Positions 27,116 through 38,719 of a DNA stretch of 64,000 nt are shown here, one piece after another (the first letter of the stretch is position 1; each line of letters begins with the position of its first letter). The DNA is from the human T2T-CHM13v2.0 reference genome, Homo sapiens. Made by a program: the position numbers and the translations under genes. The notes beneath the pieces were generated by a model. That model did not search any database. It was given only the letters and a program-made list of their open reading frames with translations, and was not told where the DNA came from. Location of the stretch: the NCBI RefSeq assembly GCF_009914755.1, contig NC_060941.1; one strand, written 5' to 3'.

Positions 27116-27664
27116 TTAAAGATTTCTTCCTCTTGTATGGATGTACCATTATTCAGACCCACTTCTGTTGAACATTTGATATTTTTCCAACTTTTTCCAT
27201 CACAAATAACACTGCAACAGTCAATCTTGTATATAAAACTTTTCTAACTATGGAATGGCCATTTCTATGGAAAGAGAATCTGAGAATATGGCTAATTTCA
27301 AAGATTTCAATGTGCATTGCCAATTTTTCCATAAAAATTGTGATAACTTGTATAGGCAGTACTTAAAAGTACCTGTTATTTCCTTGTTCTTTCACCAAAA
27401 GTGGGTGTTATTATTTTAAAAAATCTATTAAGTCCCCTGTGCCCCACCCAAAAACATATGATTCAATAGACCTTTTTAAGAAAGAAAATAACTTAAAGGA
27501 AAAAAATAACTGGAAAATTATGGACATTGAGTTGAAGCTAAAACCAAGATATTTATGTGATAGACCTTCAAAAATGAAGACTTCTAAGGTTAACTTGAAG
27601 GACTCCCACTGCTAAGAGGCTAAGGTCTTGGTTCTAATATCATGAAGAACATAAAACACCCTCA

Positions 27665-27768
27665 ATTTCTTTTTTTAGTTTTAATTTTAACTTCTGGGGT
27701 TTAGATTTGTTACATAGGTAAGCGTGTGCCATGGTGGTTTGCTGCACCTATCAACCCATCACCTAGAT
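27665..27768 (-). mobile_element. L1PA 3'-end fragment
   Basis: ttgttacataggtaagcgtgtgccatggtggtttgctgcacctatcaacccatcacctag. Confidence 0.85.
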
Positions 27769-28464
27769 AGTCCATGAAAACCTTTAGTTTTTAGATTTTT
27801 CGGGGATTATGGAGAATACCTTTAAAATAAAAACAATGACACTAAACTGTAAACAGCTGATCCTGGTACATTAATAACTCTTGAACTTCACTACTCTCTG
27901 GGGGCATAACCTTGGCCAAGCCACATCCCCCATCCTCTTATGTGCAGGATTCTAGTGAAGGAAGGAGGCGGGGAGTCTCAGACTGGGCTCTCACGGATCC
28001 CTTCTGGCTGTAACATTTCACCAGCCTGTACTACCTGAGTTTACAAAAGAGATTAGCAGTGTACACTGCAACCCATTTTAAATCATGGCCTTTGACCAGT
28101 ACATGTAATTGGAGACACTCTTCAAAGTGACAAAATGCATTAGCAGGTCTTGGCTCTGCTGGGGTCTCTGTTACGACCAGCTGTCAGCAGCAACTGCAGC
28201 AGCACTTGCTTCAGCAGGAAAGTCTATACTGTGTGGAACCACCCCAGTTTTTCATCTATGCCCTTTCTTCTCTGGGTCCAAGAAATCAAGTCTTCTCCTT
28301 CTTCTTCCAAATGAGAAAGTATTTGGGGGTGGGTGGGGGGGTGGGATGCAGGTACCAGCCATGTTCAAGACAGAGCACCTGACACAGAGAACAGGAGTAG
28401 AGGCTGATTCTAAAAGCTCCTGATGAGCAGCATCTCCCAGTGTATACGATATATGCATTCGTGA

Positions 28465-28605
28465 AGCCATAGTTTAATGTGGCATAGCTTGGTGTTTCCA
28501 AATGTGAATCTTGGAGCCAAACCTCTTTAATGTGAATTCTGATTCTGAACTTACTACTGTGATTTGAGCAAGTCACTTAAACCCTCTGTGCCTCAGTTTC
28601 TTGTA
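28465..28605 (+). mobile_element. MIR
   Basis: tgagcaagtcacttaaaccctctgtgcctcagtttc. Confidence 0.72.
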
Positions 28606-28685
28606 GACAAATCCATATTTAACTTGAATAACCTAGTTGACTGATTCTCATTCTCTTCATCTCACTGTAGTTTCAGTTAATAACT

Positions 28686-29150
28686 GGACATGCTGGATAT
28701 TGCCTGTTAATACCCAGTATCATCTCGCTTTTCTAAAAGAGATCTCCGAAACTCAGGGGCTAGAAGCCTGGAAACTGCATTTCCCAGACTCCCTTGCCAG
28801 CAGAGATTCTGCCAAGGAGAGGCTCTTTGTTTGAGATTTCTGAGATAGAAGAGCAGAAGAAAAATACCATTCTTTAGCAGCAGTTGTGTGGGCACAAGTG
28901 TGGCCTTCAACAGATAGTGGATATGGTTTTTGCCAGGGCTTTTGGACACCCTCCTATAGACATTGAAATATGTACTAGCTTTCTTGTGATTTCCACATTT
29001 CCACATTTTGTGAAAAACAACGATGCCTCTCTGACCTCTTTCCTCGGCCCTTTCAAGGGTTGTGTAAACCTCTGTTGCCCTATATTAAATACATTCCTGT
29101 TTAAAACATTAAAGAGGCTTTTGTTTCCTAACCTAACATTTGTGAATACA
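28686..29150 (+). mobile_element. ERVL solo LTR, LTR33-like
   Basis: ctggaaactgcatttcccagactcccttgccagc...ttctgccaa; ends attaaatacattcctgttt...gaataca. Confidence 0.68.
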
Positions 29151-29213
29151 TCATATATTCTCTAAGTAGTAAGTAGAAAGCACCCTAGGCTTAGAATTTA
29201 AATTCCTGGGTTT

Positions 29214-29731
29214 ACAGCAATCCCATTATTGGGTAGATGCCCAAAGAAATATTAATTGTTCTACCATAAAGACACATAGACACATATGTTCATTGCAGCA
29301 CTATTCACATAGCAAAGACATGGAATCAACCTAAATGCCCATCAGTGAAAAAATGTGGTACATATATACTGTGGAATACTACACAGCCATAAAAAGGAAC
29401 AAGAATATGTCCTTTGCAGCAACATGGATGAAGCTGGAGGCCATTATCCTAAGCGAACTAACACAGAAACAGAAAACCAAATACCACGTGTTCTCACTTG
29501 TAAGTGGGGGCTAAACACTGAGAACACATGGACACAAAGAAAGGAACAACAAACACCAGGGACTACTGGAGGGTGGAGGGAGGGAGGAGGGGAGAATAAA
29601 AAAACTACCTATTGGGTATTATGCTTACTACCTGGATGACAAAATAATCTGTACACCAGACCCCTGTGACAACACGATGTACCTGTGTAACAGACCTGCA
29701 CATGTACCCCGGACCTAAAATAAAAGTTAAA
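29214..29731 (+). mobile_element. 5'-truncated L1PA (older, about PA13-16) 3' end inserted in a MIR
   Basis: cagcaatcccatta...taccataaagacaca...cctgcacatgtacccc...aaaataaaagtt; TSD ttcctgggttt at 29203-29213 and 29817-29827. Confidence 0.9.
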
Positions 29732-30277
29732 TTATGCTTCTTTATAATTAGCTTAGATGTTTTTATATGAAATAAATGGTACTTGCATAATTTTTAAAAA
29801 ACACAAAATAGATAAGTTCCTGGGTTTCAATTCCACCTTTGCTGCTGAAAATCCATGTGACCCTGGGAAAGCCATTTAGTTTTTTCATCTTCCAAAGAGG
29901 AATAATTATATCAATAATTACGTGTTTATAAAAAATATTTGTCCCGATTGCTTCACAAGATTAATTGCAAAGGCTAAAGGGGATTATGGATGCAAAAGTA
30001 TGTGCTAAACTGTCCACATTTTTACGTGAAAAGGGAGTTACTATTTTGTCATCTTTCCAGAGTTTCTTTTTGAGAAAATGAATGCTCATGCTGCACATTA
30101 GAGAGTCTAGTAGACTCCTTCTCAGACCAATAGTTGATTGTGCAGAAACCTGGGGATGGATAACCTAGTTATGGACAACCTAGTTATCCATCCCCAGGAA
30201 TTCAAGCCACTGTCGAATCCATATTCTGCTTGTATGACAATGGACTGTGATTCATACTAGTTATTCAGTTCTCCTTG

Positions 30278-30424
30278 GTTTTTGTTGTTGTTGTTTGTTT
30301 GTTTTTTTGAGACAGAGTCTTGCTGTGTTGCCTAGGCTGGCCTCAAACTCCTGGGCTCAAACTATCCTCCTGCCTCAGCCTCCCAAGTAGCTGAGACTAT
30401 AATCATGAGCCACCACACGTGGCT
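30278..30424 (-). mobile_element. FLAM / Alu monomer
   Basis: gagacagagtcttgctgtgttgcctaggctggcctcaaactcctgggctcaa; (GTT/GTTT)n tail. Confidence 0.85.
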
Positions 30425-30744
30425 CAATGCTCCTTATTTTTAACCAACTCTGAAGCCTCCTTGATGAAGCCAAGTGTATACCTCAGCTGCTCATTCTGGA
30501 ATGGTCTGTTGAATTAGTAGAGAATATGTCCAAAGCCAAAAACAAAGTACAAAGCCAATGGGAAAGAAATCAATAATTACATGTTTATAATTTAAGATCT
30601 GTTTTGTTTGACACAGTGCCATTGTGGTACCAGCCCTGAACAATGTTTGCATTCTTTCTCCTCCTCATCCATGTATCTGAATGCTGCCACTTACGCTGTG
30701 GACATTCTGAGCCTTGGTTCCCTCATCTTTCATGGGTCACGTTG

Positions 30745-31100
30745 GCTCTGTAATTAAGTCCAAACTCCTTAGCCTGGCATAACTGTCCTCTCATGATCTG
30801 GCCCTTGCTGCTGTCTCTTCATATTTGTCTTTTCCTACTTTATGAGCTCACCCTCACCAATGCCCAAATATTTTATTAATAAGCCTCATCTGTGCTGAGT
30901 TACTTGCAGTTCCTCAAGTACACCAGGCTCTCTCATGAGCCTGGCCATTATACATGCTGTTCCCATGGCACAAATATTCTCCTTTTATTTTCTGTTTTGG
31001 AAATCCCTAATCATTCTTCAAATTCCGGGCCCAAAATATCTCCTGTGTGAATTTTTCCTGGAACCTTCCTTCTCCTTCTCCTGTGATCTCATTACACTGT
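30745..31100 (+). mobile_element. L2 fragment
   Basis: aagtccaaactccttagcctggcat...tgatctggccc...ttacttgcagttcctc. Confidence 0.7.
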
Positions 31101-31129
31101 GTAACTGAAATAATGTATGATAGACCATA

Positions 31130-32250
31130 AGGCATAGAAAACAGCACTGAAGATCAAAAGAAAAAAGTATTAGAACAAAATATGTAGGGTAGGAGGTTTG
31201 CTATACACAGGTACTTGAATCAAAGTACGGATGAGTCAAACTTGTCTGTAAATATAACTGTTTTTTAGATTCAGTTTCAATAATAATTTAAATAATAATG
31301 GGTGCTTTGGCTTTAATCATAATTTCCATATACTTTTTATTTGTACTCAATAATAATTTCAACACCAATTCAATTTCAACATATGAAGAGCTTCTTCTGT
31401 TAAGCTCCTAAAAATGATGTACCAGAAAAATTATACTCAATAATAAATTACTTCTTTAATTAAAAAACACAAGGTTTTAAGGGGAAAAAAGGTGCAAGTG
31501 CAACATCTGAGGTAGCGGCTGCTTTGATTGTAATAGAAAAGGATTCAAGGGTAAGGTTGGAGAGAGAGCACGAATTCACAGAATCATTTATAGGCAAGTG
31601 ATTGCAGTAAGAAATGAAAGCAAGCAGTAACAAAAGGCCACAGATTCCATCAATGTGCTTACATTTATAAAAACAAGAGCTTGAAAATAGAGTCAATCAT
31701 TAGGATGCTTTGTAATGAGAAGGGAGGTGACCATAACATCTCTTGCCGCACAGAGCGTCTCTGATTGTGTCACAGCAAGTCCTCAAAACAGCTGCTAAAC
31801 TTACAGCAGAGCTACGTTCTTCTGTTTAAAAAGACAAGAGTTCCACATTTGATGACCTTTTCTGTGATGACAAGTTGCTATCAGGAGTATGCAACCTAGC
31901 AGATATTATTTGAAAAAAAAAAATCTACATTTAATCTGTTCTTTCAAGGTAGAGGTGACATTTTAACAACGCATGAGAGAGCAATTGCGTCTCAAAAGAA
32001 AGCCGTGCAATGCAGACAGCATTTGGAAAAATGGATGTTTGGAAATATTGCGATTGTTATGTGACTTTATTGCTGTAAATTATGTGTCTCTCTTATAAAA
32101 GTTTTCATATGTGTACACTCCAAAAACATGAAAATAATATTCTTCTGATCCTCTTTAAAATCCCCTAAAAGGAAAGTACCTGTCGAATTTTGAACCTGTT
32201 TGTTAAAAAATGTAAAAGTGCAGTATCTTTAATTATTTATCAGAAAAACT
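31130..32250 (+). mobile_element. hAT-Charlie transposase relic (stops and frameshifts)
   Basis: Manual translation gives LCNEKGGDHN..RTERL* (31708+), DLFCDDKLLSGVCNLADI (31854+) and NLFFQG, matching Charlie/Buster motifs LCxEMGxxH..HTEVRWLS, WLxxLxYLADIF and LNLSLQG. Confidence 0.75.
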
Positions 32251-32254
32251 AAAC

Positions 32255-32470
32255 AACTGATGGGCTGTTGGAAAATATCTGAGTAGAATGGGATCCAAGC
32301 AGAGGAAAATGAAAAAAAAAAAAAAAAAAAAACACGTCCTGCATTTTCCATACTACACCTCTATTAATACGGCCAAAAAGCTTACCAGTAATGCAGCCAC
32401 TATACACAGTTGATGGCAAAGTTCCTCTAGGTCTCTACTCCACCAAATTTCAGCAATTCGTTTTTAAATT
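32255..32470 (-). mobile_element. Probable CR1/L3 RT C-terminal relic
   Basis: Reverse strand gives ..RDL..QLCIVAA..LFGRINRGVV, resembling CR1 ERDLG..QCxxAAxKANxxLGCIxR. Confidence 0.4.
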
Positions 32471-32909
32471 TAGGCAACTCGTGACGGACTCCTCTGTATA
32501 ATGTAAAAATCTCCTGTCAATAAAGTCCATTTGTCTGTATTTACCATAGGGATTTGGGATTGCTTTGTGCAGTGTTTTCTGAAGCTGGTGAAGTTTCCAG
32601 TGGAATCTAGTGACAGCCTGTGAGAAGTGAAATCATCCTTATTTTAGAGCTTCCCCATAAAATTAGCAACTTTGCCATTTTTCTGTAGAGAGATTGATTT
32701 TTATGTTTCTCAAAAACAATTTAGAAAACATTTTTAAAACTATCGTTTCATCTGTAGCCTTCTTGTTTCTTATGAGGTAGAAAAGATGATTCTTGATGAA
32801 AGACATCTATTTGAATGGAGTCAGACTGTAATGCTCAGTAAAACTAGGGGTAATGTGCCTTGAATTTCTTCTTCAATTAATTTTTACCTTTTATCCATCT
32901 TGTGAATCA

Positions 32910-33430
32910 ATTCTATGCCCATTCCAGGGCCTCCCAGACCATGCACCCCCAGCCCCCACAGCCTCTCCAGCCTCTCTGAGCCCGCCCCCTTCCACCATCA
33001 CTCATGGACCCGCTGGCCGTCCTTCTTTTCTTGCACCGCATACTTATCCTGTCTCAGGGTCTTATCCTTGCTGTTTCCTCCTCCAGGAATGCTCTTCCCC
33101 CAGGTATTCAAGAGGCTAGCTGCTTCTCATTGAGAGCTGAACTAAAGTGCCACCTTTTCAGGGCCCTTTCTCAGCTCCTTTCCCTAATGCAGCACCACCC
33201 CAGCCATTCCCATCACATCGTCTTGTTCTACAGTCTCTTGGTCTTAGCCTGTGCATGTGTTTGTTAACTAGTTATGAGAGTAATATAACTATAACGTAAG
33301 TAATATAATAGAATGTAAGTGCTGTAAGAGTCCAGACCTTGTCTATTTAATTTACCACTGTACCCTGAATGCCCACAATACCATTTGGCATGTAGTAGCC
33401 AGTCAGTAAATGTTTATTAGATGCATAAAG
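32910..33430 (+). mobile_element. L2a 3' end
   Basis: tgctgtttcctcctccaggaatgctcttcccc...tagaatgtaag...ggcatgtagtag...taaatgtttatt. Confidence 0.8.
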
Positions 33431-33589
33431 AAACAATACTGCAAATGTCTCAGGCAGATAGATCCCTCTTCTTCAAATAGAACGGGGCGATGTAAGGAGT
33501 CGCAGATGTGTAAGGTCCATTTTAGGAGAATTGGGGAAGTAGTGCTCGTTAGATGGCCAGTGTACGCTGGTTCATCCTGATAGGTGTAT

Positions 33590-33740
33590 CATCCTCCCCA
33601 CAACCCATCAGTGTAGGTGAGATTGACTCCTTTGACCAGACAAGGAAGCGTAAGCTTAGCAAGTTAACACAGGTAGCACTGGAGCCACAGAGCTGACACC
33701 TGGCCAGGCTGTGCCTTGGGGTCAGTGTGTCGGAATCAGG
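33590..33740 (-). mobile_element. MIR
   Basis: cagacaaggaagcgtaagcttagcaagttaa reverse core. Confidence 0.5.
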
Positions 33741-33814
33741 ACCTGTCTTCTTTCTCCTGCGGTTTTCTGAACAGCACAAAGATGCAGTTCCTGGGGGCCT
33801 CTGTCACCAAAATG

Positions 33815-34090
33815 CTAGGGTTCAAACGTCTTCTAATTATCCTCCACTGATCTTCTACTAATTAGATCTTCTACTAAATTTCTTCTAAATCTTGTAGATT
33901 TATTTTCTAAATCTTCCACTAAAATCTTCTATTTTTCTGTGACTTTAAACAAGGTATTGAATCTGTTAAGTTGGGATGATAATAGTACCTACCTTGCGGT
34001 TATTGTGACTAGTAAATGAGAGGATACACATTAAGCACCTAGAACAGAACCTGAACTGCTAGGTGTCTCAATAAATGTTGACTGTTGGCA
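33815..34090 (+). mobile_element. MIR with internal degenerate ATCTTCTACTAA repeats
   Basis: gggttcaaac...tgggatgataatagtacctaccttgcggttattgtg...ctcaataaatgtt; repeats at 33838-33930. Confidence 0.65.
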
Positions 34091-34589
34091 CTATGATCAC
34101 TATCATCATTGCCATAAGTCTTATTGTTTCTGAAGCATTTCTCTCCCTTTCTTCCTTTAATAAATACTCTTCAGGATCCTACTAGGTGCCTGGCACTGTG
34201 CAAGGTGTCTGAGATAAAAGGACAAGCAGAGGACAATTTTAACTGAAGGTGATGTGTACAAAGTGCTACAGAAGCTTAAGAGATTGCTGAAAAGCTTTGT
34301 GGAGCAGTTGACATTTGAGTTAAGCCTTTAAGTTTGGAGTAGAATTCTTCAAGATGGAGAAGCCAGGGCAAAGGAAAGCATAAAGAAACTTCTGTCGGGA
34401 CTAGGCTTTAGGATTGAGTCAAGATTTTCCATGGGAAAAACAAACTACAGTTTTTTTAAAAAAAGACACACACACACACAGACACTCACTGAGAGAGAAA
34501 GAATGGCAGATTGGAAGCTGAGTGCAAAATATGGCTAAATTCTACCTTTCAATCATATATTAAGTCTAGTTTCATGGAGGCAATATTCT

Positions 34590-34830
34590 TTGAGAGGAAA
34601 TAACTTGGGTTTTGCTGTCAGACAGTCTGGAGGCAAAATGGCAACTAAGCTATGTGTCTTTAGACAAGTTTATTTACCTTTCTCATATCTAGGTACATTA
34701 CTTGTTTAAAGAAAGATGGAAGGAAGGTAGATATTCTCATGTTATAGGATAGTTCTAAGAATTAAATGGAATAACCTATATAAAAATGTCTAATCAGGGC
34801 CTGGCAAATAGCGTATGTTCAATAAAATGT
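34590..34830 (+). mobile_element. MIR
   Basis: gtcagacagtctgg...agctatgtgtctttagacaagtt...gaattaaatggaataa...cctggca. Confidence 0.6.
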
Positions 34831-35054
34831 CTGCTTTCTTTCTTCCAAAATACAGCTGCACACATACTGACCATGCTGTCAACCTGAACCGAACATTGCC
34901 AGACTAGTCATTGTTTACACATTTAACAAAATTAAGAGAACACAACCACTTAACTCAGTTATCAGTTTAAATGAGAAGCAGGATTTTCTTTCCCAAAAAT
35001 GAGAGCCCAGAGAAGTTGGGGCCTCTGGCACTGGTAGTTCATTGGTCGAATTTT

Positions 35055-35270
35055 TTATTTGGACATTTATTTAGTGCCTGCCAAGCAACAGAGACTTGGG
35101 CGATTGCTTGCTTTTATTATTCATTGATCCCTTACAACAAGCCTGAGGGTGGGAAGTCTCCCATTTTACAGATGAAGGCCACCTAAGCTTAGAGAAGTTA
35201 AGAAACCCACCCAGGGGGTTTCTGGCAAGTGATGACTCCAGGGCTGGCTCCAAGAGTTCTGTAATTCCAA
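35055..35270 (-). mobile_element. MIR
   Basis: cccattttacagatgaaggccacctaagcttagagaagttaag. Confidence 0.75.
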
Positions 35271-35307
35271 CTCTATCTGCTCATCCAGGATACCTCTTGT
35301 GATATCG

Positions 35308-35637
35308 TTTTTTTTTGTTTGTTTGTTTGTTTGTTTGTTTGTTTGTTTTTGAGATGGAGTCTCTCTCTGTCACCAGGTTGGAGTGCAGTGACGCAATCTC
35401 GGCTCACTGCAACCTCCACCTCCGGGTTCAAGTGATTCTCCTGACTCAGCCTCCTAAGTAGCTGGGACTACAGATGTGCACCACCACGCCCAGCCAATTT
35501 TTTTTTTTTTTGTATTTTTAGTAGAGACGGGGTTTCACCATATTGGCCAGGATGGTCCTGAAATCTTGACCTCGTGATCTGCCCGCCTCAGCCTCCCAAA
35601 GTGCTGAGATTACAGGTGTGGGACATCCTGCCTGGCC
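35308..35637 (-). mobile_element. AluSc-like with (GTTT)n tail
   Basis: gtcaccaggttgg, ttggccaggatggtc, cttgacctcgtgatc; TSD tcttgtgatatc at 35295-35306 and 35638-35649. Confidence 0.92.
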
Positions 35638-36590
35638 TCTTGTGATATCTTATGGTGGTAAAGTAATAGGACCCGAACAGCTATGAAGAGCAGAGCTAGG
35701 GCAACCTGGAAATGTCCATGTTTCTTATTTTTTCCATAACAGAACACTAGTCATTTTTGTCCATTTCTCTATCTGCCTTTGTCTCTCAGTGCTTCTTTTT
35801 CATTCTGTTTGTAGTCATGTGCATAACATTCCCTAACTACATTTTTTCTTCTTTTTCTCTACTCCAGGTAGAGAAACTGAGGCTCACAATCCTAGAGAGA
35901 TAGTCCAAGCTGTATGTAGTATTTGACTTGGCTGGAATCCAAGGCTCCAGCCCCCCACCTTCCCATCTGTCACCCTCCTCTGCCTTCTCTCTCTGGTGTC
36001 AGACGCAGACCTTCTGCTTCCTTGCCTGCCAGTCTGACGCATTCTTCAGGCCCAGAACCATTTAGAAATAATTATTTTAAAAACAAATAAACTCTTCTTT
36101 CTGTGATCTTTACTTTCTGTTCATCCACACCAAGCTGTGGCTATTTTTACTCACCCTAGCTCCTGGCAGGTCTTTTTGGAAAGTCACCATGACATTTTGT
36201 GCTGCTTGGCCTGGCATTCATCTAGAATATTTTTTCGAAAACATCCTGCTCTGGAGAAATGTCAGTGTTTATGGTGCATCCAGAGGGATATATCAGCAGA
36301 AGAAAAGATCCACTTAAGTAAGTCCTAGCTTGACAAGGAGTGGGTTTGGAGGCAGACACACCCAGAAGTAGCAAAGCACAGTGAGGCATGCTGGAAAGAG
36401 ATGGTGGTGAAGATCCATGTCTGTCGGGAGGTCACCTGGTGAAGGTTTGAAGAATCTGGAAAAAGGATGGATACACAGACTGAACAGTAGTTGGGTGCTC
36501 AAGCGAAAGCAGGGAGGCCGTCCCAATTAGTGATGTCCAGCTGGTACTGCACTTGGACAAGTCACGTTTTCTCCTTTTCTCTATTGGAGG

Positions 36591-36825
36591 CCTCCTCTTG
36601 TATCAGGTATGGGTAAGGATTCTAGGACAAACATACACAGTATCCTTCTTACTGATGCTGGAGAAGGAGCGTTGGAAGAAGAGTCTCAGGTTCTAGTGCT
36701 GGCTTTGCTGCCAAGTAGTTGTTTGATCAGCAGCAATTCACACTATCTCTTTTGGCTTAATTCACATTATCTCTTTTGAATAAAGTGGGGCACTGGATGG
36801 TCACTTCTAGGCCTTAAGTTCTTTG
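36591..36825 (+). repeat. Local direct duplication B, copy 1
   Basis: Colinear with 38004-38236; exact 42-bp match 36784-36825 = 38195-38236. Confidence 0.9.
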
Positions 36826-37022
36826 AGTCTAAGACAAATGAAGATGGTTGCTTATCATAGGGCTAAGCATTTGGGGTCTAACAAGTCAAAGGGAGGTCAT
36901 TTTCACCAATCCAAGCATCCATCATACATCTGTTCACCTTCACTAAGAACATTCTATATGTCAAGAACTAAGCTAGCACTATGGAATTGATTTAACTAAA
37001 TACCTATCTTCAAAGAATACAT

Positions 37023-37200
37023 TGTGAAAAGGCACGATAGCCAGCATGACTCTCAGTGAGCACTGCCTCTGGCTAGTGACACCCTTGTGTGGATCCCTTC
37101 TTCCTTGTACCAGGATCAGTCTTGTTGATCAATAGAATACAACAGAAAAGGTGGTATGCCATTCTGAGGTTTTGTTATCAAAGACAATGTGGCCTCTCTG

Positions 37201-37246
<46 letters not shown>

Positions 37247-37665
37247 ATCTATTATCTATCTATTATCTGTCATCTATCTATCTATCTATCTATCTGTCTA
37301 TCTATCTATCATGTATCTTTATCTCTCTTTCATCTCTTGCAGTAGAGGAAGTCAGCTTCATGTTGTAAAGATGTTCAGGCAGCCTATAAAGAGGACTACA
37401 TTGAAAGCTGGTCTCCATCTAACAACCAGTGAAGAACTAAGGCCTTCCAACAACTACAGGAGTGAGCTTAGATAAGTATCCTTCCCCACTTGAGCCTTCA
37501 AATGACTGCAGCCCTAACCAACAGCCTAACTGTAACTTCCTGAAAGACCCTGAGCCAGAATCACCCACCTAAGCAGCTCCCATGAAAACTGTGAGCTGAT
37601 AAGTTATTGTTTTAAGCTTCCACATCTTAGATTAATTTGCAACACAGAAATTGATAACTAATACA
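37023..37665 (+). mobile_element. MLT1 (E/F-like) LTR containing an STR
   Basis: gagccttcaaatgactgcagccc...gaccctgagccagaatcacccacctaagc...ttgataactaataca. Confidence 0.82.
37201..37315 (+). repeat. Complex (TCTA)n / GATA tetranucleotide STR
   Basis: (TCTA)11 at 37201-37244, then TCA/TTA/TCTG-interrupted units. Confidence 0.97.
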
Positions 37666-38003
37666 GAAGAGAGATTAAAACATGGACCTATAGAGTTGTC
37701 ACACAAACTTTTTGAATATCCCTAAACATCAAAGACATAAATAAAAGGTCTGGTGTCCACTTTCAGGGAATACACAATTGAAATAAAAAGTGTTATAAAG
37801 AAATAAAATTGACAAATCTGCCATGTGAGTTTTAAGGAGAACAAGCTCATGGCCAGCTGGAGAGAGAGTGGGAAATCTACACTGCTTAGCTTGCAGACGC
37901 TTCATGAGTATCTTTGAACTGGATTCTGAAAGATGAAAGAGATTTGGAGGTGCAGGTGGAAAGGTATTCTGAATGTCAAGGTCCTTGTAAGCCAACCAAC
38001 CAA

Positions 38004-38236
38004 CCTCCTCTTAGATCAGGCATTGGTAGGAATTCCAGGGCAGGCATATACAGGGCCTTTCATGTTGGTGGTGGAAAAGGAGAATTGGAAGAAGATTCTG
38101 AGGTTCTAGTCCTGGCTTTGCTGCCAAGTGATTTTTTGATCATTAGCAACTCACATTATCTCTTTTGGCTTCTGTTTTTGCAGCTGTAGAATGCAGTGGG
38201 GCACTGGATGGTCACTTCTAGGCCTTAAGTTCTTTG
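38004..38236 (+). repeat. Local direct duplication B, copy 2
   Basis: Colinear with 36591-36825; distal part resembles MIR3. Confidence 0.9.
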
Positions 38237-38369
38237 TTAACTTAAGGAGCTTTGAATGAATAAAATTGGATGTATTCTTAAGAATGGCTGGTAATTTAAT
38301 GTGGTTGGTAAGTATGGAAAAAAAAGGACTAGAACGTCGTGCAAAGATGTGAGTCCTTTTTCCTTTAAG

Positions 38370-38661
38370 CCATGGTTCTTAAGCTTTAATTATTCATTTA
38401 CCACGTATGTTATTTTTTAATGCAAGTATACCATATATCATAATTTGGTTAATTATTAAATTTAGATTCACTAGCTTTTTTAAACATTAGTTTTGCCTTT
38501 GAGGACAATATTCATAAAACTATGAATCTGCTAGGCTATTTACATTTTTTCTAATAAACATAAAAGTGAACAGTCACTATTTAACGAAATGCGCTCTTCT
38601 GTGTACCACCTGAAATCCTTCAATAGTCCAGCAGTGGTACATCATGCTTTGGGAAACACCA
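38370..38661. mobile_element. hAT-Charlie element (MER113-like)
   Basis: catggttcttaa...gtgtaccacctgaaatc...cagtggtacatcatgctttgggaaacac. Confidence 0.55.
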
Positions 38662-38719
38662 TTGATAACGGTGTCAGGGGAGGGGATGCCCTAATCGAAG
38701 CTGTGTTTGTGTGGAGTCA

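Noticed and set aside
37089-37475. ORFs with YLSI repeats
   Set aside because: Translation of the (TCTA)n STR inside an LTR
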